From positions 104,113-168,112 of the forward strand of contig NIVC01000663.1 of NCBI GenBank assembly GCA_002269645.1: DNA of 64,000 nucleotides. Direction: 5' to 3'. The translations under genes were made by a program, and so were the position numbers. Source of the stretch: Macrostomum lignano. Lineage: Eukaryota. Below, piece after piece: positions 12,324-24,765 of the stretch. The first letter of the stretch is position 1. Each line of letters starts with the position of its first letter. The notes beneath the pieces are model-generated. The model had not been told where the DNA came from, ran no database searches, and saw nothing but the letters and a program-made list of their open reading frames with translations.

Positions 12324-15300
12324 TCACAGATTACCAACTCCGGCCGCCAGCCGGTCAGCGTCGCAGTCGTCGTTGTCACAGTCGAAACCGGCGTTGTTTC
12401 GTCGAGGGCGTCGCCGGCAGCACAGTGGCTCGCCGAGCTCCGTGGCGCTAAGTGGCGGCGAGCGCAACCGGTCGGACAGCGAGTGCAGCAGGTAGTTCTG
12501 CTCACCAGTCAGCAGAGGGAAGAGGCGCTCGTGCACTTCGTCTACTGCAATTGCGTCGCCAGCCTGGCAGGCGCAGACAAGCGACTGCAGACAGAGGAGC
12601 AGCTCCTCGGTTAGGAAGGCGGGCGGCGTCTCCTCGTCTGGCGAGGACCAAGCATATCTGAGGGAGGGTTACGTAGAATTTTTATCTTTCTGTCTTTGTG
12701 CCTTTCCTAATGTCTCAGTGCCTTTCCTAATGTCTCAGTGCCTTCCTAATGTCTCAGTACCTTTCTCAGTGTCTCAGTGCCGTAGTGCTTCAGTGCCTTA
12801 CTAGTGTCTCAGTGCCTTCCTAGTATCTCAGTGCCGTAGTGTCTCAGTGCCGTAGTGTCTCAGTGCCTTCCTAGTGTCTCAGTGCCGTAGTGTCTCAGTG
12901 CCTTCCTAGTGTCTCAGTGCCGTAGTGTCTCAGTGCCGTAGTGTCTCAGTGCCGTAGTGTCTCAGTGCCGTAGTGTCTCAGTGCCGTAGTGTCTCAGTGC
13001 CGTAGTGTCTCAGTGCCGTAGTGTCTCAGTGCCGTAGTGTCTCAGTGCCGTAGTATCTCAGTGCCGTAGTGTCTCAGTGCCGTAGTGTCTCAGTGCCGTA
13101 GTGTCTCAGTGCCGTAGTGTCTCAGTGCCGTAGTGTCTCAGTGCCGTAGTGTCTCAGTGCCTTCCTAGTGTCTCAGTGCCGTAGTATCTCAGTGCCGTAG
13201 TGTCTCAGTGCCGTAGTGTCTCAGTGCCGTAGTGTCTCAGTGCCTTCCTAGTATCTCAGTGCCGTAGTGTCTCAGTGCCGTAGTGTCTCAGTGCCTTCCT
13301 AGTATCTCAGTGCCGTAGTGTCTCAGTGCCGTAGTGTCTCAGTGCTGTAGTGTCTCAGTGCTGTAGTGTCTCAGTGCCGTAGTGCCTCAGTGCCGTAGTG
13401 TCTCAGTGCCGTAGTGTCTCAGTGCTGTAGTGTCTCAGTGCCGTAGTGTCTCAGTGCCGTAGTGTCTCAGTGCCGTAGTGCCTCAGTGCCGTAGTGTCTC
13501 AGTGCCGTAGTGTCTCAGTGCCGTAGTGTCTCAGTGCCGTAGTGTCTCAGTGCCGTAGTGCTTCAGTGCCGTAGTGTCTCAGTGCCGTAGTGTCTCAGTG
13601 CTGTAGTGTCTCAGTGCCGTAGTGTCTCAGTGCTGTAGTGTCTCAGTGCCGTAGTGTCTCAGTGCCGTAGTGTCTCAGTGCCGTAGTGTCTCAGTGCCGT
13701 AGTGCTTTAGTGCCTTCCTAGTGTCTCAGTGCCTTTCTAGTGTCTCGGTGACTTTCCTAGTATCTCAGTACCGTGCTTAGTGTCTAAATGTCTTTCTTAG
13801 TATCTCAGTGCTTTTCTTAGTATCTCAGTGCTTTTCTTAGTGTCTCAGTGCCTTTCTCAGTGTCTCAGTGCCAATCTTAGTGTCACAGTGACTTCGTTAG
13901 TACCTTCAGCCTCTAATTATCTTAACCTTCAGCTCTTCAGCGCATTAGCATCATCCAAGTGCCCAGAGCTGCGCAATGCCCACCTAGCCAGAGTGTCGGC
14001 ATGCTCGGCCTCCAGCCGGTCAGCTGGCCTAGCCAGCAGGCACAGCAACAGCACCCGGCTAATCTCGCTGTCTCGCATGCAGTCCTGATAGCACGGCAGC
14101 AGCTGACCGCCGCCGCCGGCGTCACCGCCGGTCCGTTGAACGATCTCCTGCATCCGGGTATGCACCAGTAGGGCCGCGTGCGGATCGCTCAGCTGCAGCC
14201 GGCAGGTGGCCAGCTTGCCTAGCAGGCGCAGCATCAGCATTGTGTGAGTTGGCACCAGGTCCGTGGCCCGGTGCAGGTGAACAGCCGCCTCGGCGAATTT
14301 GCCGTACAGCATGAGCGCCTCGGCCAGTTGGAGGTAGGCGTTCACCGCTAGCAGGGGCTGGCCGCACTGCTCGTAGACTGCAGCCGCCTGCGGAGCGGTG
14401 CGGTAAGTAACGGATAAAAAATGCAAGCACACACACACACACACACACAGTTATGCAGTTGTCACATGACTGCTCTCAGCCAGGGGCGTCGCCATGGATT
14501 TTATGGTGGGGGGGGGACATTATTTTTAGAATCGGTGTTGTCAGCGCTCATTTTGGCGCCACAGGCACTCATTTTGGCGCCGGAGCCAGGGTTTTTTTGG
14601 GCGCAGAGTGTGCGTATGCACCCTGAATTTTGAAATTGAAAAAGTGGGTGTGGTTTAGGTGCGGTCTCACAACCTATTGTATTTTCCTTTTAAGCTTCAT
14701 TTGAACTGCCTTAAAAAAGATCTGGAAAACGAGACAAGAGGTCAAAGGGATTCTTTGGACACAAGAAAATATTTGTAGATGTGTCTATATTCCCAGGTTT
14801 CTAGAGTAAGAGAAATTGCACTCTGAGCCTTAAAATTGAGGTGAGATTTCGCACCTTGTTTCGCACCAGGCCGCAGACACTCATTTTGGTGCCGCAGGCG
14901 CTATATATTTTGTCATCCTGAAGTAAAATTATTGATTTCCATTATGGGTCACAAGGTTGGTGGGGGGACAAAGCATTGGCATGTCCCCTCCACAGCTTTT
15001 GTCCCCTCTATCCGTCCCCCCGTGGCAACGCTCCTGCTCTCAGCCAATAGCGGCTTCTATGCGCGAGTGTATTACTTTTAGAAACGGTGCACTTCTTTTT
15101 ATATTAAGATCCCGCAACAGATTGGCGCCTGTCTAACACAATGAAGATACTCTATGTAGCTTCAGTTGGCACAACAGCTCAACGGTTAGCGCGTCTGACT
15201 CACGCGCCACGACCCCCTGGTTCGATCTCGTGCTCGGTGCTCACCCACATTCATTTGAAGTTTGTTGTGCACGAAAAAATGACCGGGGTTTGTCCTACTA

Positions 15301-17843
15301 TTCACACCCAGGAGAGCCGATCCCCAAGGAACAGAGAGTGTACATGCCTGAGAGTGTACATGCCTAAGAGTGTACATGCCTGAGAGTGTACATGCCTGAG
15401 AGTGTACATGCCTGAGAGTGTACATGCCTGAGAGTGTACATGCCTGAGAGTGTACATGCCTGAGAGTGTACATGCCTGAGAGTGTACATGCCTGAGAGTG
15501 TACATGCCTGAGAGTGTACATGCCTGAGAGTGTACATGCCTGACGATCAGAAAGTCAGGGGCCGCTGTACATCCTGTGTGAGCGTGTGTACGAGTGCGTG
15601 CCTGCGTACAGTACTGGCGCGCCTGTATGTGCTCAGGAGTGAGCAGAATGGGCAGGATTGCTGACAAATATTAAAATTCATAAGCCAGTCTCACCTGCAC
15701 AAAGCTGGCAATGGCCAGTTCGAGATTCTCGTGCAGCGACACTGACAAGGTCTTGCTGAGCTCCTCTTCAGCCAGCAAGTGAAGCCGGGCGGCGCGCATC
15801 ATGGCGCCAGCCTCAGCGGCGCTGTTGCCGATGCTGCTCTCGCATCTGCAGAGGAACAGCATATCAATATCAGACCACAATCTGTTGTCAAGTTGAACAG
15901 GCCACTTAAGCTATGCCCCCCTTAGACAAGTGCTAAACCTTGCTGCATCTTATCTCAATTTTTTGACTCAAAAAAGAAAAAAACGTTACCTAGAAATCTC
16001 TTTGCCAATTTCTGGTCTCCAATATATAAATATACAAATTTCACAGCCCAATATACTTACTTGGCTTGACCTTTTGCAAACATTGCTGCATAGTAGAATG
16101 CTTGCTCCTCCATTTCCAGATGTTTTGAGATTGAATCAAATTCTGCACTACCTTCAGCCAAGTTTGGCTTCTTTAGAAAGCGCCTAAAAATGAGTAAGCA
16201 TTAAGGTACTATATAAGACTGAATTCAATATTAAATCATTTCTAGCAGCACTTTGTTGCATGACCTTGAAATGAACTTTGGCAAAAATTTAAGCTGATTT
16301 ACAAAAAAATTTAAAAAAGTTTAACTATTTGTGATTCAAAGTTATAGCCTGATTAATTCCTTCTGCAGGAGTTTTGCACTCTAAGGAAGGGTAGCAATAT
16401 ACCATATTAACTTTGTGGGGCATCAAAATAAATTTATTGAATTTTAACCCATCAATATCTCAGCTTGTATACTTGCCAAATTTTATTTTAAAGTCATACA
16501 CAACACTGCTACTAGCAATCCTTTTTGATATACAACCATTTTTGTAATTGTGTAATAGGGCAATATATACCCTAGTATATTTTAAATTATATTGTTATAC
16601 AACTAGTGAGAGGCATTATTGCCCATTCTATCAATTCCACTAAGCAGGCACATAAGTGCATATTTGGGCACTTTATTAAATATATATGTAATCATATATG
16701 TCCCTATACATAGGCATAAGCCACATAATGGCCTATGTATAAAAAGTCAATAAATGAAAATATTGAATTACTAAAATAATATTTAATGGTCCTAATTTTT
16801 TTATTATTAGACTTGTAAATTTCTCTTTGCCTTGGAGATCGGACTTCAAGTTTATTAATTGCATGAGCATTGCAAATTACTATGCCTGCACTTAGAATTA
16901 AGCCTAGCATATAAAAATATTGCACTAGACTATTATTAGGCTATGGCCTTTTTAAGAAGCAATAGTTGGATATTATGTTACATGCAATTAAAAATGGTAA
17001 CATCAACATTTTTGAGAAATTCAACTTAAAGAACAAATGAAAATTAAGACAATTTGATAATAATATAATTGATCTTTTTGTATTAATAAGTATTTATACT
17101 ATTTTATTCATTTAACTTTAGATATTCAATGGTTTAATAATATTTTCCAATTTAATCACTATATAAATATAGTGCATGAATTGTATGCAAGGCCAATGTA
17201 CATATAAATTGGGCTTGTGTAAGCAATACAATATAAACAGAGTTTAAAAAAAAACAATAAATTAAATATATCAATGAGTATTGATTTTTACCTTTTAATA
17301 AATTTTTAATATAGTGGGGGCCTACTTTTATTTCTTTAAATAAGAAAAAACATATTTTATTTTTTTATACTATTACTAATTCAATTGTATCAAGACTTAG
17401 TCATATTATGTTTTCTCACTAGCCAATATAGAGAATTGGAACAAAATTGCTACATAAAGTCCTATAACTAAATTTGCCCACGCTGGAACTCTGCCCCTAA
17501 GCGCTACCCTATGCCAGCGCCACCAGATGCTGCTGGGCCACTGCCTATGGACCCTGGGTTGCAATGCACTCTTCCCTCTGGCCCTAGCCATGCTACACTG
17601 GCTGACTAAGCAAATGCACCATAGCTAGGCCTGCACTGCTACTCTAATGGACTGCCTCATTGCTGACTTGCAGGCGCTTGAGCAGTTGAGCTGACCCCTT
17701 AGGCTGCTGCTACCTGCCCCTCCCGCCTGTTCTGCAAGTGGGTGCATACAAGGGGCCTCCCCTTTGCATCTTAATATACTTGATATGTATACATATATAT
17801 ATATAGAAATTTAGAAGTAATGATAGACAATAGACAATAGACA

Positions 17844-17885
<42 letters not shown>

Positions 17886-18138
17886 AACTTAAATTAAAGG
17901 GTCAAGTCTGCCTAAAGCCAAAGCCAAAGGCATTGGTAAATAGGCCTATCGGCTATCTATGCCTATCCAAATTTAAATGTATTGAAAATAGACTAAGCCA
18001 GCAAGCCTAGAAAAAATATTACTGCAAAAACTGCTTTGCTAACAGATTGCACTAAAACTATAAGTAGAACGAAACTTACTTTTTTAGCTTTGCTGTCACT
18101 TGTCTATACTTGCTCAGATAATTTATTGATCCATTCAT
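12324..18138 (-). CDS. F8A1: Huntingtin-associated protein 40 (HAP40 / factor VIII intron 22 protein) orthologue, 5 exons, 356 aa
   Basis: Exons 18138-18080, 16183-16061, 15845-15695, 14387-13984, 12657-12324 join in frame through GT-AG sites (1071 nt). Diagnostic matches to human HAP40: YLSKYRQVTAKLKKRFLKKPNLAE (human [24 protein letters not shown]), SEISRVLLLCLLARPADRLEAEHADTLARYAW, and EELLLCLQSLV...LFPLLTGEQNYLLH. Confidence 0.93.
12700..13870. repeat. 16-bp minisatellite (CTCAGTGCCGTAGTGT)n filling HAP40 intron 4
   Basis: About 70 units, homogeneous in the centre with degenerate edges. Confidence 0.95.
14481..15036. mobile_element. hAT-like MITE (556 bp) in HAP40 intron 3
   Basis: TIRs CAGGGGCGTCGCCATGG / CCGTGGCAACGCTCCTG; perfect 8-bp TSD CTCTCAGC at 14473-14480 and 15037-15044. 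Confidence 0.85.
15168..15660 (+). mobile_element. tRNA-headed SINE with an internal 16-bp tandem expansion
   Basis: A-box-like CAGCTCAACGGTTAGCG (15175-15191) and B-box-like GGTTCGATCTC (15219-15229); 3' half alignable to the SINE at 44107; 13 copies of GAGAGTGTACATGCCT at 15334-15541. Confidence 0.7.
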
Positions 18139-18949
18139 TTTTGATCTGATAGATACAGAGAAAAATTTAATGCTAATGAATGTAAATTCAATTCGAAATA
18201 GATCTCTGAAAATATATTATTATTGTTAGCACTAACTATATGTAACAGCCTTTCAATATGGAACAAACTATAGACTATAGCCTATAGATTACCTACGTAT
18301 ATGTATATATTATACGCTATGGCCTTGTTAAGAATTACTTTCTAAGTTTCTTAGAAAATACGACATTTAAAAACGGAGACAAAATTTATCATAGAATATT
18401 ACGAACTTTAAACCCGAGCATTATTTTTTGTTTTACTAGGGTCCATGAAAGTCCTTTGTAAGAGAGACGCCAAAAGTATTGTTTTACAAGCCAGAGTCGA
18501 GTAATTTTATTGGTTAAATAATCCTTATATTTCTAAAACAGTAGAACTTTAAAATATATAATTCAGTCTGTTCCTATTGGCGTTATTATGATTTCTATTT
18601 TCTAGTGAAGTCAAGCAATAAGGTGCTTCCTTTAAGAGTGTAAGCTATTAATGAGTTTGGGATTTGGAAGTCATAGAGAATAGAATATAGAGAATAAAGC
18701 ATTACCACAAGGATCAAAATAAAGGTTTTGGAACAGAAATCTAACAATTAACACAACAACGATGATGTCATGCACACATATTGTTGTACAGCCACGTACA
18801 CGGCCGGATAACATTAAAGCTGCATTAAAAAGGATATGCATCAATAGTATTGGCGATGAATAAGCTCTTCCGTTAAGTAGCTGGACAAACTTTTCATCTA
18901 AAACAGTTTTAGCAGTGTTCCTCTGGGGCCCAACGAAATACATGTAATT

Positions 18950-21900
18950 CTACATAAAACCAAAGTTCACAGGTCGCTTCATCGCTACCACCATTGGCGA
19001 ACCTGACAAATCTGTCATTTCAACAGATTTTTGTACTTCTGGAGGACCAGCTGGTCGCCGATTAATTCCCTCAAGAGCTGCCTTGTATTCATCTTCATCT
19101 TTCTGAGGCAGCATCGGTTTCGCTGAAGACCGAGACCCGCGCCCTCGTTCCTCATGGAAGACTTCGAGGTTCATCATTAGCAAGGCTGAATTGTTGCGAG
19201 CTGGATGAAAGCAGAGGACGTATAGGTGCTTAGATATCGGACTATATATGCAAGAAAGTGGGGCACGGCTTAGGCGCAGAGTCTGTGCGTATCTCAACAT
19301 TGGGTTGCCATGCGTTGACTCTGGATTAAAATGAAAGCAATGACAGCTCCAGCCAGCATCTTCGCCGCTCTCTCCTAAGTAGGTGAGCCAGCAGCGACCG
19401 CCAAAGCTACCAAGACCGCCAATGAGGGCTCCGTTGACGTTGCCACCAGCACCGCCACCAGCACCGCCACCAGCAACGCTACCAGCACCACCACCAGCAA
19501 CACTACCAGCACCACCACCAGCACCACCACCAGCAACACTACCAGCACCACCACCAGCACCACCACCAGCAACACTACCAGCACCGCCACCAGCACCTCC
19601 ACCAGCACCGTCACCAGCATTGCCATCGCCTCCATTACCTGCAGCACTAGCAACATAACTACCAACCGTTGCTGCCGAAGCTGCTGTCAAGTCTTCTTGG
19701 AAATGTCCGGCTGTCTGGTTGCCCTCCGGATAAACAGTCAGCAGTAACATATTGTGTTCCATCACAACTTCAATTGCCTTAAGACCGTTCTCGCAGCACA
19801 GGCCCTGCAAATAGTACGAAAAAAATCGTCAAAGAGGAATTTCTCCCGAAAAAGTTTTGCTGTCTGATTTTGACTTGACAGAAAATACGAGGTAATCACA
19901 ATTCGAGTCAAATTGTCACTCACCTGCATGTCCATCACGCAGAGGCTGCGATGCTCCTTTTCCAAATCGGCAATCTGGATGCTGCCCCACTTCTCAGCAA
20001 TGATCAGCAGATGCTTGTGCAGCTTCAATCGCCACGGCAGCTTAAGGCCTTCGAATAGGAAATTCTCCAACTTCAATCCAGATAGGCTAACTACAGCAAT
20101 GTTGCTCTTGTTAGTGACATACAGATTGCTTTTGTTTAAGCCGGAGCCCGAGTTCGAAAACTCGCGAATGCAAACATCGTAGACGTATTCGGAGATCGGC
20201 TCGGATAGTTTGTAGTTGCTCTCAGCCACCACCACTGGCCGGTCCTTGCGAAATCGGAACGCCTGGTCCGGTGCGACTCCACCGGTCGAGCTCTGGCTGC
20301 TGTTGCGGCTGCGAAATTTCAATACCAAATTTTATGCTGTACTTTCCTGTCCCCTTTGACTTTCCCCTGACTGCCAGCTTTCCTCCCCTGACTGTTAGCC
20401 CTCATCCCCTGACTGCCAGCCTTCCTCCCCTGACTGCCAGCCTTCCTCCCCTGACTGTCAGCCTTCCTCCCCTGACTGTCAGCCTTGCTCCCCTGTCAGT
20501 CCTCCTCCCCTGACCGTCAATCTTTCTTCTCCCTCCAATCCCCAGCAAGAGCCCCTCCCTGTAAAAGTACCTTAAGTTGTCCCGACGCCCCGACAGCAGG
20601 CTGGACTGTCGCTGGCCCGAGTCGGCGCCGCCGCTCGCCAAATCGGCGTCGATACCGCCGGAAGCGGCGGCGGCGTCGGCCTCAGCGGAGCAGCTGTAGA
20701 GCGACACGTGCAGCAGGCAGCCGAGCAGGGTGCAGGTGAACACGACGTTATCGCCGTTAGCCGACATGCAGAATCCGTCAGTCAGCTGGGGGAATTTGGG
20801 AAATCTGGCCAGCTCAGTCAGCGGCTTGATTGGCTGGCCGTTTAGCGGCTCGCTGTAGGCGATCATCACGTAGGCGTCGTCGTGCTGCTCGACGGTGACA
20901 AGGCAGGTCATAATCTCCGGACTGATTGACAACTCCTTTAAGAAGCAGTGAAATACCGGCCGCTCGATTGGGCACTCCTGCGAGGTGGCGGTGAAATTGA
21001 AATTCAGTTGAAATTATGCATTTAAATTTCAAGCCAAATCATCCGCGCCTGAGAAGACTGGCGCCCTCCCGCGGCGTTTCGTGTTTTCTACAATACGTAA
21101 CTATCTGAGTTTTTGCTGTCATCAAATATGGAAGCTTTCTCTCTTTTCCTTCCGTCCAAACTATCCGAGTCGCGGCACAGAGCAGCATGGGGACCCAAGT
21201 CAAAGAGAGTGTGACGGTTAGCCATAGCAGCTTGCTTCCTTGACTGCGGATCGCACTGTCGCACAGTGCCCAAACCCACTCAACGAACTAATGAATACCC
21301 TAGATTACAACTCGCAGACGCACCTGCACCAGCTTCAGGTCCTTGAGTATCGGTTCCCTGTCTGCCCGTCCGTCATGACCAGCGTCGCCCTTGCCTGGGC
21401 CGCCTTTCGCTCGAACCAGGCCGAGCTGCTGAAGGTCCACCATCAGCTGGTCGGCCGTGTGAGGCGCCACTGTCGACTCCATCAGGCCGCCGTCCTGCTG
21501 CATCACTGGCCGCGGCACGTTCTTGTCGCTGCTCAGGTTGAACATGCACCTGACGTCGTCCACCTGCGGGTGAGTGGAATTTAAGGATGGAAATGGGAAA
21601 TGTGGAATATGGGAAGTGGGGACTGAGAGTGGACAATGGAGAGTGAGGAATAGAGTGGGGAGCGGGGAATGGGGAATATGGAATGGGGAGTGGGGTATAG
21701 GGAGTCGGGAATGAAGAGTAGGGAATGGGGAGTAGGGAATGGAGAGTGGAATGGGAAATTGGGGATAGGAAATGGGAATGGGGAGTGGGGAATGGGGATT
21801 GCAAAATGTGGAGTTAAAAGTGGGGAATGGGGAATGCAAAATGTGGAGTTAGGAGTGGGGAATGGGGAATGGAATTGGAGAGTGGGGAATGTGGAAAAGA

Positions 21901-22130
21901 AAATAAAGATGAAAGTGAATTGGAAAGTCAAAGTACTTTGTGGTGCACTTTTAAAAGCCAAACCTGCTGCTCTTGATTCCGCTTAAATCCTTGCAGACTT
22001 TGGTGACGATTTTCGCGCCAAGTGACAAACTTTGGATCGCGCGCCCGCTTTGGACCGTCGTCAGCATCGTTAGCGGATTCCAATGGCGCCTTGGACAGCT
22101 GCGGTTTGAAGCCATTGTACTTTGTATAGT
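18950..22130 (-). CDS. Uncharacterised protein of at least 670 aa, probably beta-propeller (NHL/WD-like) with a Gly-rich insert; 5' end unresolved
   Basis: Exons 22130-21964, 21563-21324, 20935-20571, 20308-19924, 19804-18950 join in frame through GT-AG sites. Repeated short hydrophobic beta-strand-like segments (NLYVTNKSNIAVVSL, LLIIAEKWGSIQIADL, HLYVLCFH). A possible upstream exon near 23205-23324 has uncertain phase. Fold is inferred. Confidence 0.7.
20365..20510. repeat. 21-bp minisatellite (CTTCCTCCCCTGACTGCCAGC)n, intronic
   Basis: About 6-7 direct units inside intron 20570-20309. Confidence 0.85.
21570..21890. repeat. Purine-rich GGGGAATGGG(G/A)A-type degenerate repeat, intronic
   Basis: Recurrent GGGAAT/GGGGAG motifs. 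Confidence 0.8.
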
Positions 22131-22139
22131 CTGTTCCCC

Positions 22140-23155
22140 TGGTCAGTACCATGGATTGTTGGTCAGTACCCTGGATTACTTTTCAGTGCCCTGGATTGTT
22201 TGTCAGCACCCTGGATTGTTTGTCAGTACTCTGGATTGTTTGTCAGTACCCTGGATTGTTTGTCAGTACCCTGGATTGTTTGTCAGTAACCTGAATTGTT
22301 TGTCAGTACCCTGGATTGTTTGTCAGTAACCTGGATTGTTTGTCAGTACCCTGGATTGTTTGTCAGTAACCTGAATTGTTTGTCAGTAACCTGAATTGTT
22401 TGTCAGTACCCTGGATAATTGTCAGTACCCTGGATAATTGTCAGTACCCTGGAGTTTTTGTCAGTACTTTGGATTGTTTGTCAGTAACCTGAATTGTTTG
22501 TCAGTACCCTGGATTGTTTGTCAGTACCCTGGATTGTTTGTCAGTAACCTGAATTGTTTGTCAGTACCCTGGATAATTGTCAGTACCCTGGAGTTTTTGT
22601 CAGTACTTTGGATTGTTTGTCAGTAACCTGAATTGTTTGTCAGTACCCTGGATTGTTTGTCAGTACCCTGGATTGTTTGTCAGTAACCTGAATTGTTTGT
22701 CAGTACCCTGGATTGTTTGTCAGTAACCTGAATTGTTTGTCAGTAACCTGAATTGTTTGTCAGTAACCTGAATTGTTTGTCAGTAACCTGGATTGTTTGT
22801 CAGTAACCTGAATTGTTTGTCAGTACCCTGGATTGTTTGTCAGTAACCTGAATTGTTTGTCAGTACCCTGGATTGTTTGTCAGTAACCTGGATTGTTTGT
22901 CAGTACCCTGGATTGTTTTTCAGTAACCTGAATTGTTTGTCAGTACCCTGGATTGTTTGTCAGTAACCTGGATTGTTTGTCAGTACCCTGGATTGTTTGT
23001 CAGTACCCTGGATTGTTTGTCAGTACCTTGGATTGTTTGTCAGTACCCTGGATTGTTTGTCAGTAACCTGGATTGTTTGTCAGTACCCTGGATTGTTTGT
23101 CAGTACCTTGGATTGTTTGTCAGTACCCTGGATTGTTTGTCAGTACTTTGGATTG
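22140..23155. repeat. 20-bp minisatellite (CTGGATTGTTTGTCAGTACC)n
   Basis: About 50 units with ACCCTGG/AACCTGA variants. Confidence 0.95.
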
Positions 23156-24464
23156 ACAGCTACAGGATTTGGTCATTAGCTATGCAAAAACAGCAAGCTC
23201 CAACCTGAAAGAGCTGGTCACTGAGCAGTAGGTTTCTAGTGGCGCCGAAGTCGCTGGAGCCCAGGTTCATAGCGCCCAGCCCGGTCCCGAAGGAAGCATC
23301 CGATTTTGTGTCGTTCTCGTTCATAGTGGCAGATTGATGCTTCTCCAAAATTGGTTGATTTTTTTTTACCAAACTTTTGCTTTTTAGACAGATTCAAATA
23401 AAAATTGGTACAATTAGTTGACACCGAAACAAGAGCTTCGATTCAAATCATTTTTTCTTTGGTCAAACCGGTCAAAAGAAGGTTGAAAGAACCGGTTTGG
23501 CCATAGACAAAAAATCAATAGCAAAATACAGCCTTTATATTTGCCAGTCGATTAAAGCAGTTTTGAGAATATCAGAATAAATAAATAAAACGATTTCCAA
23601 GAAATCTTTTTAATTTTCCAGGATTGTTTCGGTTACATTAAATATTACCCCGCAAAATCGTTATGCCTATGTTGTTTAAGAGATAAAAATGCCTCTTTAG
23701 GAGCTGTGTTAATAAATTTTGGGAGTTTGAACTAAAAATAAATAATTAAATAATATGAAATTAATTTTAATAATTTTGTTCGAGGGTCCATTCATTTTTA
23801 AATATTTTAATTATGAAGCTTTTACTTTCCAAAATAAATATCGCCATAGTAAATACTCGTATTATTTGTTATTCAAATAATGATGTAAACATTGCTATGC
23901 TGTTTAATTTTTTTTTCTTGATTTCTTAATTGATTAAAATAAGCGAACAAACAAGCAATTCAAAACATTAAATTTTGACAAAAATTTGCACATTGCTTTA
24001 CTCAAAGTAGAGAGAAAAGGCAAGCAAATATTTATTAATAAATTAAGAAAAGCACAAAAGGCATCGAAAGAAATGAAACGCAAGGCTTTACATATTTTTC
24101 AAAGGTTTTTATTGTGCTAGTGAAGGTCGAGAGACAAAAAGCAATTCAAAGAAGGGCATTCAACAGTAGAAAATAATAATTAGCGAGATCAATTGGTCTG
24201 CACGGTTCTCCTCGTTGCCATGTGGTTGCTATGCTATAGTAAGTCATTTTCTTCGTTTGATTGGCGGCAGTTGGTGCTGACGAGATGCCTGATGGGCTGA
24301 TGCGGATGTGCCGGCTGATGACAGAGTGGCCCGTTCAGCTATTGACGTCTGACTCTGCGGTGCAGGGTGGCAGGGCGAATAAAGGATGTCAGGGTGTCTG
24401 CCGAAAATACTATAAGAAACTAAAATAGTGCTCGTGTACCGGGGATTGCTGTTCATAATAAAGA

Positions 24465-24765
24465 GCTACCTAGGAAAATTGGTCATTAGCTACACAGGAT
24501 AATACGCAACTAGCTACCCTAGGTAATAGGTCATCAGATACTCCAAATTAAAAGGTTATTAGCTACCCTATAAAATAGATCACTAGCTACCCTAGATAAA
24601 AGGTCATTAGCTACCCAGGATAATCGGTCATTAGTTACTCTGGATACTAGGCCATTAGCTAGCCTAGATAATAGGTTAATAGTTACCCTATTAGTTTCCC
24701 TAAGATAAAAGGTCATTAGCTACTCTAGATAATTGGTCAACAACTACCCAGGATTATTAGTGATT
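24465..24765. repeat. Degenerate ~24-bp repeat (GGTCATTAGCTACCCTAGATAATA)
   Basis: Recurrent GGTCATTAGCTA motifs. Confidence 0.7.

Noticed and set aside
18335-18390. Alternative HAP40 first exon (..FSKKLRK then GT)
   Set aside because: No in-frame ATG; the exon at 18138-18080 has an ATG, a better match and a GTAAGT donor.
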